The position numbers were made by a program, and so were the translations under genes. 64,000 bases of DNA from Ruditapes philippinarum (lineage: Eukaryota), in NCBI RefSeq assembly GCF_026571515.1, contig NW_026856818.1:62001-126000 (forward strand), given 5' to 3'. The notes beneath the pieces were generated by a model, which saw only the letters and a program-made list of their open reading frames with translations, made no database searches and was not told where the DNA came from. Positions 13,195 through 27,100 of the stretch are shown here, one piece after another (the first letter of the stretch is position 1; the number at the start of each line of letters is the position of its first letter).

Positions 13195-13507
13195 CTATAT
13201 CGTTATCGCCTTTTCGTATTCTCGTCTTGTTGCTAGCAAAATGCGCCAAACCGTGCCTTGTTGCACTTTTGTCTTGTCGTTCTGTCCCTAGCAAAGCACG
13301 CCAAACGGTGCGTTGTCGTGCGGCACGTTGTCGCGATGTCGCCCTGTCGTTTGTCTTATAATATCTATATACAAATAGCTAACTCTTCAATATGAGCCGA
13401 ACGACATGCGACAACACGCTGCACGACAGGACGACAAGACGAAAGTCCGATAACGTGCCGTTTGGTGACAACACGACGCACAAAACTGTTCCAAATAAGC
13501 CACCATA
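13195..13507. mobile_element. MITE remnant with cgaca/tgtcg subrepeats in inverted halves
   Basis: ttgtcg-rich left half and cgacaa-rich right half. The terminus aaataagccaccata recurs at ~51484-51498. Confidence 0.55.
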
Positions 13508-16500
13508 AGTAACAGACATGTGAAAGACAAACGCCATATCTCTATGTCATCGGTGCAATTATAAATAAGATTAAGATACTTAACGGCGTAAAATGAGAAC
13601 GAAGATCAACAAAACAAGGCATCGGACACAGAAGGTAGTCTCCAACATTACCCAGTCACACCGCAGGATAAGGCAAAAAAAAAATGTTTTGTTATGGTCG
13701 CCCTATCCTACCTAAAAATATGCCCGACCTTACCCTTTTTAGGTCTGTCAAAAAGTAATTATTATTAATTAATTAATATTGCATTTCGTCCAAGATGTCA
13801 TTTGAAGAGTTAGAAATGATGTTTTTGTGCCACTCGGGGACATTATTGGAAGTTTCAATGTCAACATCTAACAATGGCTCATGGACGATTGTCAAGGAGG
13901 ACAATTTGTATGACTTGTTTTAATACTTCAATTCTTGAAGCACCTATGGATATGTTAGTGTTCATCCGTGCTGTTCTACAGACATTAGCAACTTCGACGA
14001 GGGCGATAGCGACAGGAGAATGTTTCTAATTTCTGTAGAACAGCTACAGAAAAAATACTTACATACATATAGTGTCAAGCTTTATTTGGCCTCATTATTA
14101 TTCACTTTATTATGTCACTTTGCGGTTCTATGAAGTGCCATGAAAAATAGAAGACGACTATATGTGAACGGAATTCGATAAAGTATCGACTTTTGTTCTT
14201 CTGTCAAAATTAACGCACAGAATTTTTAAGAAATACAGAGCGTTTTCATTGGATGACAAATAAAGTTGAACACTAATTCAGAATAAGGTGTTATTAAAGA
14301 AAATGAATAGCAAATCAGACTAGTAGGAGTCTACCCAAACAAAATATTAAAATGAGACAATTTTTACTTTCCCCACCAACCACTACGGTACAAAACATTT
14401 TTTTTAATATCCGACCTACCCTGCTTATTCCTGGTAATTTTTAGGCCAAAAGAGAGAACGCAGTGGTGGGGATGGGAGAGGAGAGATAAAAGTAAACATA
14501 GGAAATGACGTTTAAACAAAACTATATCTAGCAGACGACAAAATACGTTTTATTTTTGCAAATATCAAGATTTATGATTATTAAAGCAGGATAAAGGATG
14601 CCAAGGTGCACTCGTTTTCAGTTTTAAGTATAACTCGAGTGCTTATGGAAGCAACAATTAATTATCACAAGTGTTCGTGTTAAGTCGGAAACAATAGTAA
14701 CAAAGAAAATGTTATCATTTTACAATATAAAATTCTTTTTAAAAGCGTACGCATTTCTGGTTTAAGTGACCCCAAATTACGCTTAAATAACGACAATGCG
14801 ATTACCAAAAGAATGGTGAATGAAATGTCAAGCTGGTATATAAAATTACACCACGTGCCCCTCTGCTTCTGTTATAATAAGAGTTCATTGTACATGTAAT
14901 GAGAATTTTGGTTTATTTACACAGACGAGCCTGTGGGAATATTCGTTAACTTCGTTATGATTATTAAACCTCGTACAGTAAATGCCACGTTAAGAGTTTC
15001 ATGTACACTAATTTTCGGATTCTGCAGAAGAATTGCAGAACACAGGCAGTCGATAGCAGACGACACAATATCTGCGTAACATTTTAGGAGAATAAGTGAT
15101 ATTATCGATGGATCTTTATTTTTTGGCACCAATTTGCAGTTGATGCTGTTTATTTTAGGAAACATAGTAAAATTACCGATCGGATTTATACTTTATTAAC
15201 ATCTATGATAAGGAATCAGTAACAAAATCCAGATTGTCGAAGGACTATTAATTTAAACCTGTCATTTTTCACAAATGCAGACGAGAAATTTAAGGAGATA
15301 ATGCACGCTATGTTTAATACTTATCTAATATTTGATCTCACAAACACATGGCGATTTAACATGTGAAATTCAACATGTAATAAAGAGATTTTCTTTTATT
15401 GGATTACAATGTTTAAAAGTGACTCATTTAAATGTTCAAAACAAAATGTTTAGGGTCCGCATAATGTTATGCATGCTAGCAGTTAAATGTTGATTTCGAC
15501 AGAGGAAAATTGAAATAAATGTTGAATAATATAAAGAATCTAGAAAGTTTACAAGAGGTCAGCATAGGAATGTTATTTCGTACGGGAGATAAAACTCGCA
15601 TGGGAGATAAGAAAAATGAACGCATATGGTGCCTAGATAAGAAATTAGAAATTATTTATAAATACTGGATTTATAAATAGAATGTCACGTATATACAGTC
15701 GTTGGATGCGAAATGGAAAACATATTTTAAAAGACATGCATACAAGATATTTTAAGACATTTCGTGACGTCAGAGTCATACAAGGAAAATGACGTATCCT
15801 GGAAGTCTTACGTTTATATTAGGTATGTATATAAAATTTCTATGGTTTAATAAATATGATAATATAATGTTCAATTAAGTCGACAATGGGCCTAAATGTA
15901 ACGTCAATTTTTTTTTTTTTTTTTTTGGGGGGGGGTACAGATTTAATTAGGTTGTTTTGCTTGTTTGTTGTTGTTTTTGTTGCTGTTCTTCTTTTTTTAT
16001 CTTTTGTTTTGGAGGGGGAGGTATTTATTTATTTATCAGTTTTCGTTTTGTTTAGAAAAATAATCAAAATACCCATAAGTACTAGACAAGTTTATTAGTT
16101 TCAAACCTAAATCTGCTGCAAGCGGAAGTGATTAGACTATGCCACCAGAATAGAACTAGGTCACTCGTAAACATGCCGCCTGACCAGGCTATATATTTTT
16201 GGCTGACAACCTTTAAATTTTCATTATCATAACTTGGCAAACCCAATAATTTTAGATGGAGGTGTGTGCTGCAGTTTCCTACAGACATAGAAAGAATGAA
16301 AACTCTATTTTAGAATTGCCATGACTTATAATAGGGTCAAAGAAATATTTTAAGCGGTTCAGCGTGTGCGTTTTCGAGTTATCTGCCCGGAATTTAAAAC
16401 ACTGAACAAACATTGCTAATTTCAAGAGCAGATAACTCACAGTGTCTAATTGTTTTGCTTGTGATACTGATGACTTCCTTACTACTGTTTCTGCAAAATG

Positions 16501-16737
16501 TCAAGAATAAGTAAAATTTGCAACCGTTTGTTTTTACCTTAATAAATGCAAATTTTCTTTAGAAAAATGTAAGTTTGTCGAATTCCTATACAAGTTATTA
16601 GCCTCCGTAAATATCTTGATAATATTTGCTGTAGCATACACGAAGAAACAAAGTGTATCAGCACCTCATATTTTAAAAAAAAAAATGTAATCTGAATATC
16701 CGAGTAACAAAACTAAATGGCCATTATGACCTTTTTC

Positions 16738-16771
<34 letters not shown>

Positions 16772-17079
16772 CTCGTGCAAATTTTAAATGAAGTTAAAAT
16801 TACAATTTGGCCAAAATCATTTAGCGACATCTTTTCAGGGAGTAAGTTCACTGTGTCTACGGAAAGAAAACCTGACATTTCTCTTATTCAAGAAATTTTG
16901 AAAATTGCTTGTTTCCCACAGCGAGGGAATCAATTACTTTAACGACATGTGAAGTAAATGAAACAAGCTTCCCAGAAAAGATAAAAAGGCTTACTTTTCA
17001 AAATTTGATAATGGAAAACCAAATGGCTCATTTTGCATCATCTCAAAAGGGTTTTGTTGTTGGAAAGAAGAGTTTTAGT

Positions 17080-17320
17080 TGATTTGTTGTTATTGTTGTT
17101 GTTGTCGTCGTCGTTGTTGTTGTTGTTTTCATCGTCGTTGTCGTTGTTGTTGTTTTCATCTTCGTCGTCGTTGTTGTTGTTTTTGTCTTTAAATGGTATT
17201 GCTGATGGTGTTGTTAATGATGATATGTTGTTGTTGTAGATGATGATGATGATGATGTTGTTGTTGTTTTTGTTGTTGTTGTTGTTGTTTTTGTTGTTGT
17301 TGTTGTTGTTGTTGTTGTTG
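17080..17320. repeat. (GTT)/(GTC)/(GAT) compound microsatellite
   Basis: Direct reading; it explains the poly-N/D ORF 17038-17499. Confidence 0.9.
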
Positions 17321-18034
17321 CACATATATAGACTTTTAATTAGGAAATAGATAACAATTCTGAGTGCATTGTTGTTGAATAATGCATGGTTTGAGTTCAA
17401 ATGCGTAGTAATATACTTAATTTCGAAAACAGCGTTAACGACTAAATTAAAGATATTGGTGTTCGCACTCATTATGTTAGTTAGACCATTTTCTTTCATT
17501 CTGGATAGTTTTCACAACAAAAAAGGTTTTTTATTGATCAGATTTTTCGAACAAAATGTGTCACTGTGCCGATTTGAAAGATTCGGGAGGTAATAAGATC
17601 TGCGAAAGCATTGTTGGCCTTCTTTGTGTATAAAGAAAAAAATCCAATAGTGTTAGAATATCTTATTTACTTTAATTTGTGTTATAATTGTTTCTTGTAT
17701 AATGAGTTTAAACAATAAAACATAGTTTATCATTATTGCAAATGAAAATATTGAAATGTTGCTGTTGTTGTCGCAGCTGCTGTTGTTGTTATTGTTGTTG
17801 TTGCTGCTGCTGCTGCTATATTGTTATTTTTGTTATTGTTGCAATTGTTGTTGCCGCACTTGTCACTATATAAATTTACAAAGGATGTTTTTCATTTAAA
17901 CTTTTGTTGATGTCCCGCTTAAATTTATTTAACTTAGATTAACAAACTAAATTAACAATATACGTTTTGTTTTTTTATTCTGCAGGTATACAAAAGAGTT
18001 ATCTGAAGATAACGTAGTGGTTGTGAGTGACGTC

Positions 18035-20229
18035 ATGAGGTTTTTACGGATCAAATTCGTGAAATACTTCACCTACGTGTCCTTGATAATGTGCCTGTCC
18101 CTTGTCTTCTCTTTCGTGTGGCTTGAAAAGTCATCACAAGATGTGTTCTACGATGGACCCATAATGTTTACGAATAAAAAGCAAACTTTACAACGATCTC
18201 AAACTGCACAGTATTTGACAGACCCTCAACTTAACCCGGTTCTTAGAACGTTTAGCTGTGATAAATTATTCCAGGGCGATAACACGGAGATAAATCGTGT
18301 CAGTGATTACCTTAGAAATGTTCGGTATTTTAAGCACCGCAAAGGCGATGAATTAAGAGTGTTGTCGCTAAACTGTGAAGAATACAAGAAATCCCGAGGA
18401 TTCTTTGCTGCTCCAGTTACAAAATTAGAACAGGATTTTCCAATTGCCTACAATATTTTGTTTCACAGAAATATAGAACAGTTTGAACGACTTTTACGTG
18501 CAATATATAGACCACAGAACCAGTATTGTATACATGTTGATATGAAAACGCCAGACGACGTTTTAGAAACCATGACACTGTTAACTGACTGTTTTGACAA
18601 TGTGTTCATAGCATCTAAACTTGAATATATCATATACGCAAGTTATACGCGATTAGTTGCTGATATTAATTGTATGAAAGACCATATAGAACGCAATTTT
18701 GAATGGAAATATCTAATCAATATGGCCGCCAGCGAGTTCCCTATTATGACGAATTTACAAACAGTTCAAATATTGAATGAATTTAATGGAGCTAATGATA
18801 TACACGAAGTGTTCATTACTATGGACAGTCAAAGATTTAAACAAAAACATTTTACTTACATCGATATAAAGAGTAAATCTGGATACATCATACATACGAA
18901 AAGGGCCAAAGAAAGGCCGCCGTACGGCTTAAAAATTACAAAAGGCAATGCGTATAATGTATTTAGCCGGGCATTTGTTGTGTTTGTCCTCGAGGACGAG
19001 AGAGCTCGGGCTTTGCTAGCATGGTCGACTGATACGTTAACTCCAGACGAACATTACTGGGCAACTTTGAATAATCTGTACAGTAACCCATTTCTTGAAA
19101 CACCCGGTGGTTTTAAAGGTGTGTATAACTCAAAATTATTGTATACAATCTGTTTTTCTTCATTCTTTCATTTTCGTCATCTTGTCTCCTCTTCTTTCTT
19201 TCTTTTATTTTTGTTGATACTGTCTTTCTATCCTACTTCCATTCTTACTTTCGATTTCATTTTCTTATTTTCATTCTTTCTTTCTATCTGTCTTCTTTCT
19301 TACTTCCTTCTTTACTTGCTTTCTTCTTTTTTTCTTGCTTTCTGTCTATGTATCTTTTTCTCCATATTTATTTCTTTCTATCTTCTTTCAGATTTCACTT
19401 TTCTTTACCTCTTTCTATCTTAGTTTTTTATTTGTTTATTAATTAATTAATCAATTTATTATTTTTATTTATTTATTTTTATTCATTCATTCATTCACTC
19501 ACTCACTAATTCATTTATACATTCATATTTGTACCTTATTTCTTTTTTTCGTTCTTCTTTCCTTTTTTCGTTCTACTTTCCTTTCTTCGTCCTTCTTTCC
19601 TTTCTTCGTTCTATCTCAAAATATCCACGAGAAGCCTATCGGCCAGTGGTTGTTGTTATGTATTTTCTTCTTTTTTTTTTCTTTGCAACGCGCAGTGTAC
19701 CAAATCAGCCACCATAAATAACAAATACAGAAATCACAGACCACTAAGCATACCATGATCTTTTTACTCGAATTTAACGTTTCATTTACTAGTCAGGATA
19801 GAAAAGAAATAATGAAATTTAATATTAATTATTTAGTATTATTTTATTTCACAAATTGCCTTTACCACAACCGTTTATAATATATACCATAATGACCATA
19901 TAACCTGTCAAAATCTATATAACCAATATTCTAATTCCGTTGCAGGTGATCCCGACAAGAAGCCGTTCTTCGGGCGTTATATTGGATGGAACACCACTAA
20001 ATTATTATCAAGATGCAAAGAAAAACATTACGTACATAACGTCTGCGTGTTCAGTGCCCTTGACCTTCCAGCATTAAAAGACAGATATGAACTCATCGCT
20101 AATAAGTTTGACATTGAATATGACCCCATTGCTTATATGTGTATGGAAGAATGGATTCATAATAAAACGCTAAATCAAGAAGGCATTAGTGCAACAAAAA
20201 GATACAAGAAACTTGCAATAACTAGCTAG
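18035..20229 (+). CDS. Beta-1,6-N-acetylglucosaminyltransferase, core-2/I-branching, GT14 (GCNT-like). Exons 18035-19118 and 19946-20229
   Basis: Type II membrane anchor; motifs FPIAYNIL, FERLLRAIYRPQNQYCIHVD, WKYLIN, PDEHYWATL. A phase-1 splice (AAAG|GTGTGT ... TGCAG|GT) restores the C-terminus YVHNVCVFSALDL..LIANKFD..C. Confidence 0.93.
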
Positions 20230-21292
20230 TCTTTATTTATTTAATGGTATTTTATTTTTATTTTGAAGGCGGGTAATATTGAAATAAAAAAAATTAAAAA
20301 CCTTAAAAGTTTTTTTGAATACCAAATTTATTATCTTCACTGTTTTCTTTGTCTTTTAAAATAATCAGAGGAATAATCATCATTATTGTTATCATCATCA
20401 ATCATTATTATTCATAATTATTCATCATTCATCATCATTATTGATGCGACTTAAGCGGTATGACTTGTGATAGTTGCTGCTGATGAACAAGATTAAATAG
20501 TACCAGCGAAGTCAGTATGCCCAGTAAAGCGAGATACTATGTAGAGAATATTGTGTTACAAATCTTCGTGCAAATATGCATATGTGCCGCTGACGAATTA
20601 ATTTAATTGGCAAAATAGGGTCTTTAGCCCTAGATCCGAACTGGCCAGAAATCCCACTAACCATCACCTAAATCCGTCTCAGAAATACAAGATCTTAATG
20701 ATCATTATCAGTGTTCGGTTTTCTTAATCTTAGAGAAAATGTTGCCATATTTTCTTTTGATTCTATTTTTCCCAGGGATCTTTTTATATGGCCGTACTAA
20801 AAATACTTAAGATCTTTTACACCATTGGATATAGTATTAAAAAGAAAGACAACTCTGACTTTACTAACGGAGGTACGTAGGTTTTTATTTCCCTTTTCAT
20901 GCGGAACAATAACAAAACATTGGTAAAGAAACAAGGTACATTATTCAAACTACTTGCAGCGCTTACAGGAATGTCAATATCTGGTAAATAAAAAAATGTT
21001 TGTGATATTTTCTCCAGAAAAAAAAGATCTGATTAATAAGTTTTGGATTATTTAAACCATGACATTATGTATGCGAACTTAGAAGATTCACAAAAATGTT
21101 CCTGTGAAACAAGGAACATATCTAATCTGTTACAAGTACTCCTCAATTAACAAACCATAAGATTTTTGTTTGCAAACTCACGTGTTATCGAATAGTTTAA
21201 ACTAGAAACAAAATTCTTTGATTAGAAAAATTCTGTCATTAGAAAGATATTTAAACCTACACAATATTAAACAAGAACATTTAACAAAAAAG

Positions 21293-21692
21293 TACGTTCT
21301 GTTGGGGCGAAAGTGTCTTCGCATCTGCGATCTGTGATATACCTAAAACGCCGAAGCGACGACTTAATTCGTTCGATGAACGACGAGACGATGCCTCGAA
21401 GCGAGAGATGATATGTTCAAGCGACGAGGAAGCACGTGGCTAGACAGAACGGTGCGCAATAGCGACGAGAAGTTACGCCAAAGCGACTAGATGATATGCC
21501 AAAGCGACGAGATTATACGTCAAAGCGACGAGACGATTCGCCGAAGAGACGAGATGATACCCGAAGCGACTGTATGCGATGGAAGTCGTTTCGTTTCAAC
21601 GCAGTCTCTTCGCTTCAGTGCATCGTTTCGTCGATGCGGCGTTTCAGGTTGACCATAGGTTGGAGAAACGAAGCTCAAACAAAACACCGTTA
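21293..21692. mobile_element. MITE-like element with aagcgacgag subrepeats
   Basis: About 10 degenerate (a)agcgacgagac units; the ends tacgttctgttggggcg / gctcaaacaaaacaccgtta are loosely inverted. Confidence 0.55.
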
Positions 21693-22280
21693 ACAAGTAA
21701 AGTATTTTACGAGTCCTTAATCGTTAAGTTTGCTGACTTGAAAAATGCATACCCCTCAGCACCGAGGCTTTAAATTCAAAAGATTTTGGTTCTATTTTGT
21801 GTGCTTTAGTTATTGAGATAGTGTACTAAAGGTCGATGTTCTTCTTGAGTGCCCGATCATGCATGAATGTACCACTGAGACCCTTCTCTAAATGTACTGC
21901 TGAAAGGCGCCATAAAGGCTTATGATATCCATTTATAAGAACAGAATAGCATAAGAGTAAATCAAAACACTGTAAATTCTAAAATACTTTCGTTACACTT
22001 AAGAATACAAGGAGGGTCCATCCAGATTGTTTACATGACTCGTTTTTGTTGACAAAGTGTTGAGGTTTGAGGATGCGTGCGCTTCGTATGCCCCCCTTGG
22101 AATAGAAATAACTTAAGCCGTTGTGTAATCGCAATGTTGTAGCTATAACTGGCGCGTGAATAAAATCCTTGATGGTCAGATAGCGGTATAATAAAAAAAT
22201 TGTCTAGTTTTGAATTGTTCAGATTAAATGAAGTACAAAAATGTACATGCAAAATGATTTCGAACGAGATTTTTTCTTTC

Positions 22281-22390
22281 CATCCATCCATCCATTCATT
22301 CATTCATTCATTCATTCATTCATTCATTCATTCATTCATTCATCCGTTCGTTCGTTCGTTCATTCATTTATTCGTTTATTTATTTATTAC
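22281..22390. repeat. (CATC)/(CATT)/(CGTT) tetranucleotide microsatellite
   Basis: Direct reading. Confidence 0.9.
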
Positions 22391-22495
22391 TTAAATCATC
22401 ATTTATCAGAGTATTTTGTTATATTACAAAATATATATATATTGCAAACACATTCTTTATTACGTTTAATGTATTTACTTTCACAATAATTAGAT

Positions 22496-22696
22496 CGCCT
22501 CCGTGGTCGAGGCGTTAGAGTCGATGACTTCTAATCCAGTTACCTCTGTGTCCCCGGGAGATGCTTTGGTAGTTTAACACGGAGGAAGGTAGTCTAGTAC
22601 TGGTGTAACTCTCCCGGAACGACGGTTAGGAAACTACCCACCTATATGACTGAAAGACTGTTGGGAAAAGGCGTAAAAATGAAACAAAAAAACAAA
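22496..22696 (+). mobile_element. tRNA-derived SINE (same family as 42613-42826; minus-strand fragment at ~32540-32660)
   Basis: A-box-like tggtcgaggcgttag, body cggaggaagg..ctagtactggtgtaactctc..ggttaggaaactac, and aaac-repeat tail. Confidence 0.7.
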
Positions 22697-24100
22697 TTCC
22701 CAATAATTAGGTTATGAAAAGTTCGAATTGTTCTATCAATATTCATACATTCATATTTTAACTTTGACACACGCCTGACTAGAACGGTAAGTAAGTGGGT
22801 GGAAAAGTGCCTCGTTTTGAAATATTTACCGCAGTTTACCAATTATTGTTCCTTAATTATAAATTGTGTCTCTTTTCATAGTGAACGTCTTTATTATATT
22901 TGCTTTTAAATTTTCTCGGGTAATTGGAGATTAGGTAGGTACTTTAGTTAATGTTCGGTTGACATTGTTATATTTAGTACATTAAATCGGCTATACGCGA
23001 ATGGTTTCATCTATTGAGTTCCAACAAAAAAACGCAAAGCCTTATGCAACCTGTAATGAGCAGCTAACCAAGCCAGCACATCCATGCAGTCTGTCCAAAT
23101 ATTTTCAAGCTGAAACCCCTGAAATTTCTAAAAAAATATGTTCTAAATTCAAAGCAGATGAAGTCCAGTTCACAATTTAGCGGTATACGTTTTGAAAACC
23201 ACATGATACGACGATCATTTTTCAGAATGCCTCACGACAAAATAAGGTCTAAATAAATGAACTGATTTTATAAACATTTTTTTACATTTAAATAAACTTA
23301 GTATGAAACATTTTTGAGCTTACCATAAGAACAGTTAACTTTTATGAGTATTAAATTAATTTTATAAATATTGTTTCAGATATGGTGTCACGCGATAGTA
23401 CTGTCCTAAACAATGGTGGTCAAGTTTAAAGAGATCGTAGATAAATATCTTAAAAGATATACAACAAATAGGTCACTGTTCATGAGCAGAAAAATAAAAT
23501 CCGTCACCGTCCATTTGCCTTCTTCATTTATGTACTTCTGTCTTTAAGTTGATATCACAATAAAAATATTGTTATAAAATAACAGGGGTTTATACCAAAA
23601 AAAATTATATTAACATTCATGTTTCAATAATTATGCTTTTCTTTAGGAACGGTTTGTTTTGAGTACTAATTACATTTCAAAAAGTTCAATTAAAGCCGAC
23701 TCGAGTCACGCATATTTCTATTGTAATTGGCCAGTAGCATGTAAACTATTCCGAAGCTTGTCAGCGGTAAAAAAAGAAATAAAGGCAATTAAAATGTCTT
23801 TAACATTTCGCATATTTTGTTGAAACGTAAATATTATTTTACGACTTATTTTATAAAAAATAATATTAATACAGATCAACGCTCATACCTGAGGAGCAAT
23901 ACGCGACATTTACAAACAAAATTTAAATCAAAATTATCTTAGTTATTTTTCTGTAATATTCATTTATCATATTAAAGTGAAGATATAATTAAGAGCAATA
24001 TATATCTCGTAGAGTGGATTATGTTTAATCTTAGACAAACAAGAAAGTCTTTTTGAATCGGCTGAAATAAGAAAGTGAATTTATACACAGATATTAAGGA

Positions 24101-27100
24101 ATGAAGATGAAAGAACCAATTTTGGAAGCAGTGGTGGAAGAATTAGAAAAGGAGAATACATTTACGTTCTCAGGTAAAGAATGAAATTTTTCGGCCGTAG
24201 TCGGTTTGTTTCCACGTTGACTTCCGGTAGAATGTTTACTGTAAATTATAGAATTTATAAGAGATTTTCTCAGTGATTAATAATCAGATATTTTTATGCG
24301 TTATAAAAAGATTTTAAAAAATTGTATGTTCCATAATACCGGTATCTCTAAAAAAAGCAAATATGACCAGATTGTAAATTAATTTTCATAATTTGTCATT
24401 AGTGACAAGATTTCAAATTAGATAAAACAAGGTAACTATTTTTATGAAAACGTATGTGTATGATTTATTAAAAGCTTATGTAATTCAACTTAATCATTTT
24501 TGTGAGTAAAGAAAGTACCAATAAACGCGTTTACCCCCTGTGTTAAAGGACATTAAGTCAGAATCTTCTATGTTAAAATTATAATTCAAAACAAAACTGG
24601 TGAACAAAATCAGTGAAATATTCTATATGTTATCTCCTTTCAGAAATTTCAGTGCCAGACGAAACGATCAGCGCAACGACTGAAGAAAATGAAAGTATTA
24701 AGCAAAACGGTAACTTGAATCCTGTGATGGAACGTGTTGAAAATGAAAACGGAATTGACTTCGAAACCATAAACGCTTATCCGGAAAGTGAACACCAAGA
24801 GAGCGGGAAAACTGATTCAAAAAACGAAAAAGTCTTTGAAAACACAATTATGCCTGAGAATCACAATACAGACAAAGAATGTGCTAATGGTTTACAAAAC
24901 TACCCGGTTACTGTAAAGTCCATCGTTGAAGATTCAAGTGGCTCCGGTCAGTCAACTTTGAAATTAGCAAACTCGTCGTCAGCGTTCGCTCACACAAGCG
25001 ATGACTCTACAAGAACCTCTGATCAAAATATCGAATCACAAAACAATGAACATTCTATCCAAGTGAGTGAAATAGAAAACGGTGTTTCTATACATAGAAA
25101 CTACCATGACGATGACGAAAGATCTAACACGGTTGTTGAACTGACGAAAGAAAACTTAAAACATCATACCAAAACAATGAAAAATGATTCTAATAAATAC
25201 CAGCTGCTGTCTCAAGAACACTTAACAGATAAAGTTAAAAGTTCTGTTACAGTTACTACAATTTTACCTACAAGTGATGCATCTACCTTACCCGACAAAG
25301 CAGAAAACAATGCTGGGGACACAACCATTACGTGTACTATTTCTGACGCAACAATTTTGCCTAAAAGTGATTCAACTATCTTACCCGACAAAGCTAAAAA
25401 CAATGCTGGGGACACAACCATAACAAGTTCTTTTTCAGATGGAACACTTTTACCTAAAAGTGATACAACCGTTTTACCTGACAATGCTGAGAATAATAGA
25501 GGTGCCATAACCGTTGCAGGTTCTATTTCAGACGTCACAGTTTTACACAAAGGTGATGCATCTGTGCCACCCAGTACTCCTAAAAACTTTACAGATGAGA
25601 ACAACCGAAAAGGTTTTGCTTCGGATACTTCAGCTTTACCTGAAAGTGATGCTTCGGTATTTCCCGATCATGCTGAAAACAGTAACGGCTATACAGACAT
25701 TAAAGGCTATACTTCAGATGCAACAGTTGTATCTAAAAGTGCATCGATCCAACCTGATAGTGCTGAAGATAATGTAGATGAGAAAATCTCAAAGGATTCA
25801 TTGAGCAGCACAATATCCAAGAAACAAACCATTGACGATAAGGAGACTGTTTACAAGTTTGTGAATGATGTAAATCATAACACAGATGAAGCCATTAAAG
25901 TTTCTCCAACGGAATCTTCGCAACTTCATCGTCAAGCTGAAAGTAAGGGATCCCGACATTCTAACAAAAAACATAAAAAGAAAAAGAAGCATAACGATCT
26001 TGAAAATGTTGAAACATTGATAAATCAGGATGAAAAAGCAAATGTCAAAAGAAAGCGCCGAAACAAAACGAAAAAGTCAGCATTATGTAATGAAACTTCA
26101 ACTAGTCAAGGTTCGAGCGGCAACAATGAATATTCTTTGATAAAGAATGGCTTTGACGAGGGTAATACTTCACAAAACAAGGATAATAACGAACGCTCGT
26201 CAATCAGTCGCGAGGACGGCAGTGTTAACGGACAGCTTGTAGATCAGTGGAAAGGAATTGGGGTTAAACAAGGAGTTGAACTTGGCCATAAACGATTGTT
26301 AAAACGAGAGAAACAACATAAGTTCCAAAGAAAATTACCCGTGTATGATGCCAATAATACTAGCACGAGAATGATATTACTAAATAACAAATACGGGAAG
26401 GTATGAATTTTTTTTTTAAGTTTTAAGGTCATATTAATCGCGATTAGAAAATACTCAGAAATTAAGTAAGAGTTTGATATGATTTTACCGCTAGATTAAA
26501 GTAAGTTGGTCTATAATAGCAGACCACTTATGCAATGAATGATAATAACGTTGATAGTATTAGCCGCGTCATGACAAAACCAACATAATAGGTTTGCGAC
26601 CAGCATGGATCCAGACCAGCCTGCGCATCCGCGCAGTCTGATCAGGATCCATGCTGTTCGCTTACAAACCCTATGACAAGTGGAGAAACTGATAGCAAAC
26701 AGCATGGATCCTGATCAGAATGTGCGGATGCGCAGGCTTGTCTGGATCCATGCTGGTCTCAAACCCATTATGTTGGTTTTGTCGTGACGCGGCTCATATC
26801 ATTCATCATAAATATGGTCATCACTTAGACATGTATCATGATTTTTTTTAAGAAAATTCAAATTATACATCTATTAAATTGTTTTCATCAATATTTGAAA
26901 TACTAATGAAAAATGTGCCCATTGTATATCTATTCGCTTTAAACCCGTCAAAAAGTATTTGGTTAATTTTCATAATGTATTCATGACACTATATTCCTTT
27001 CAATTTGTATTTTCCTAATTCAACTTATGTTTACTGATACAATATTTGTTTTCGATGCAACTATGTAATGTCATTTTTTATGACATAATCATAATGTTTA

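Noticed and set aside
13664-14445. Possible transposon remnant with ccgacctaccc motifs at both ends
   Set aside because: The motifs are in direct orientation, and I could not define TIRs, a TSD or a coding remnant with confidence.
17033-17499. Poly-Asn/Asp ORF (and the poly-His/Gln ORF at 52243-52557)
   Set aside because: Trinucleotide microsatellites with no splice or domain support.
19119-19423. Hydrophobic Phe/Leu/Ser C-terminus of the 468-aa ORF suggesting extra TM helices
   Set aside because: Read-through into a pyrimidine-rich intron; the true C-terminus is exon 19946-20229.
26511-26705. Recurrent ~64-aa ORF MLFAISFS..WILIRLRG in several places
   Set aside because: It is the translation of the palindromic MITE, not a gene family.
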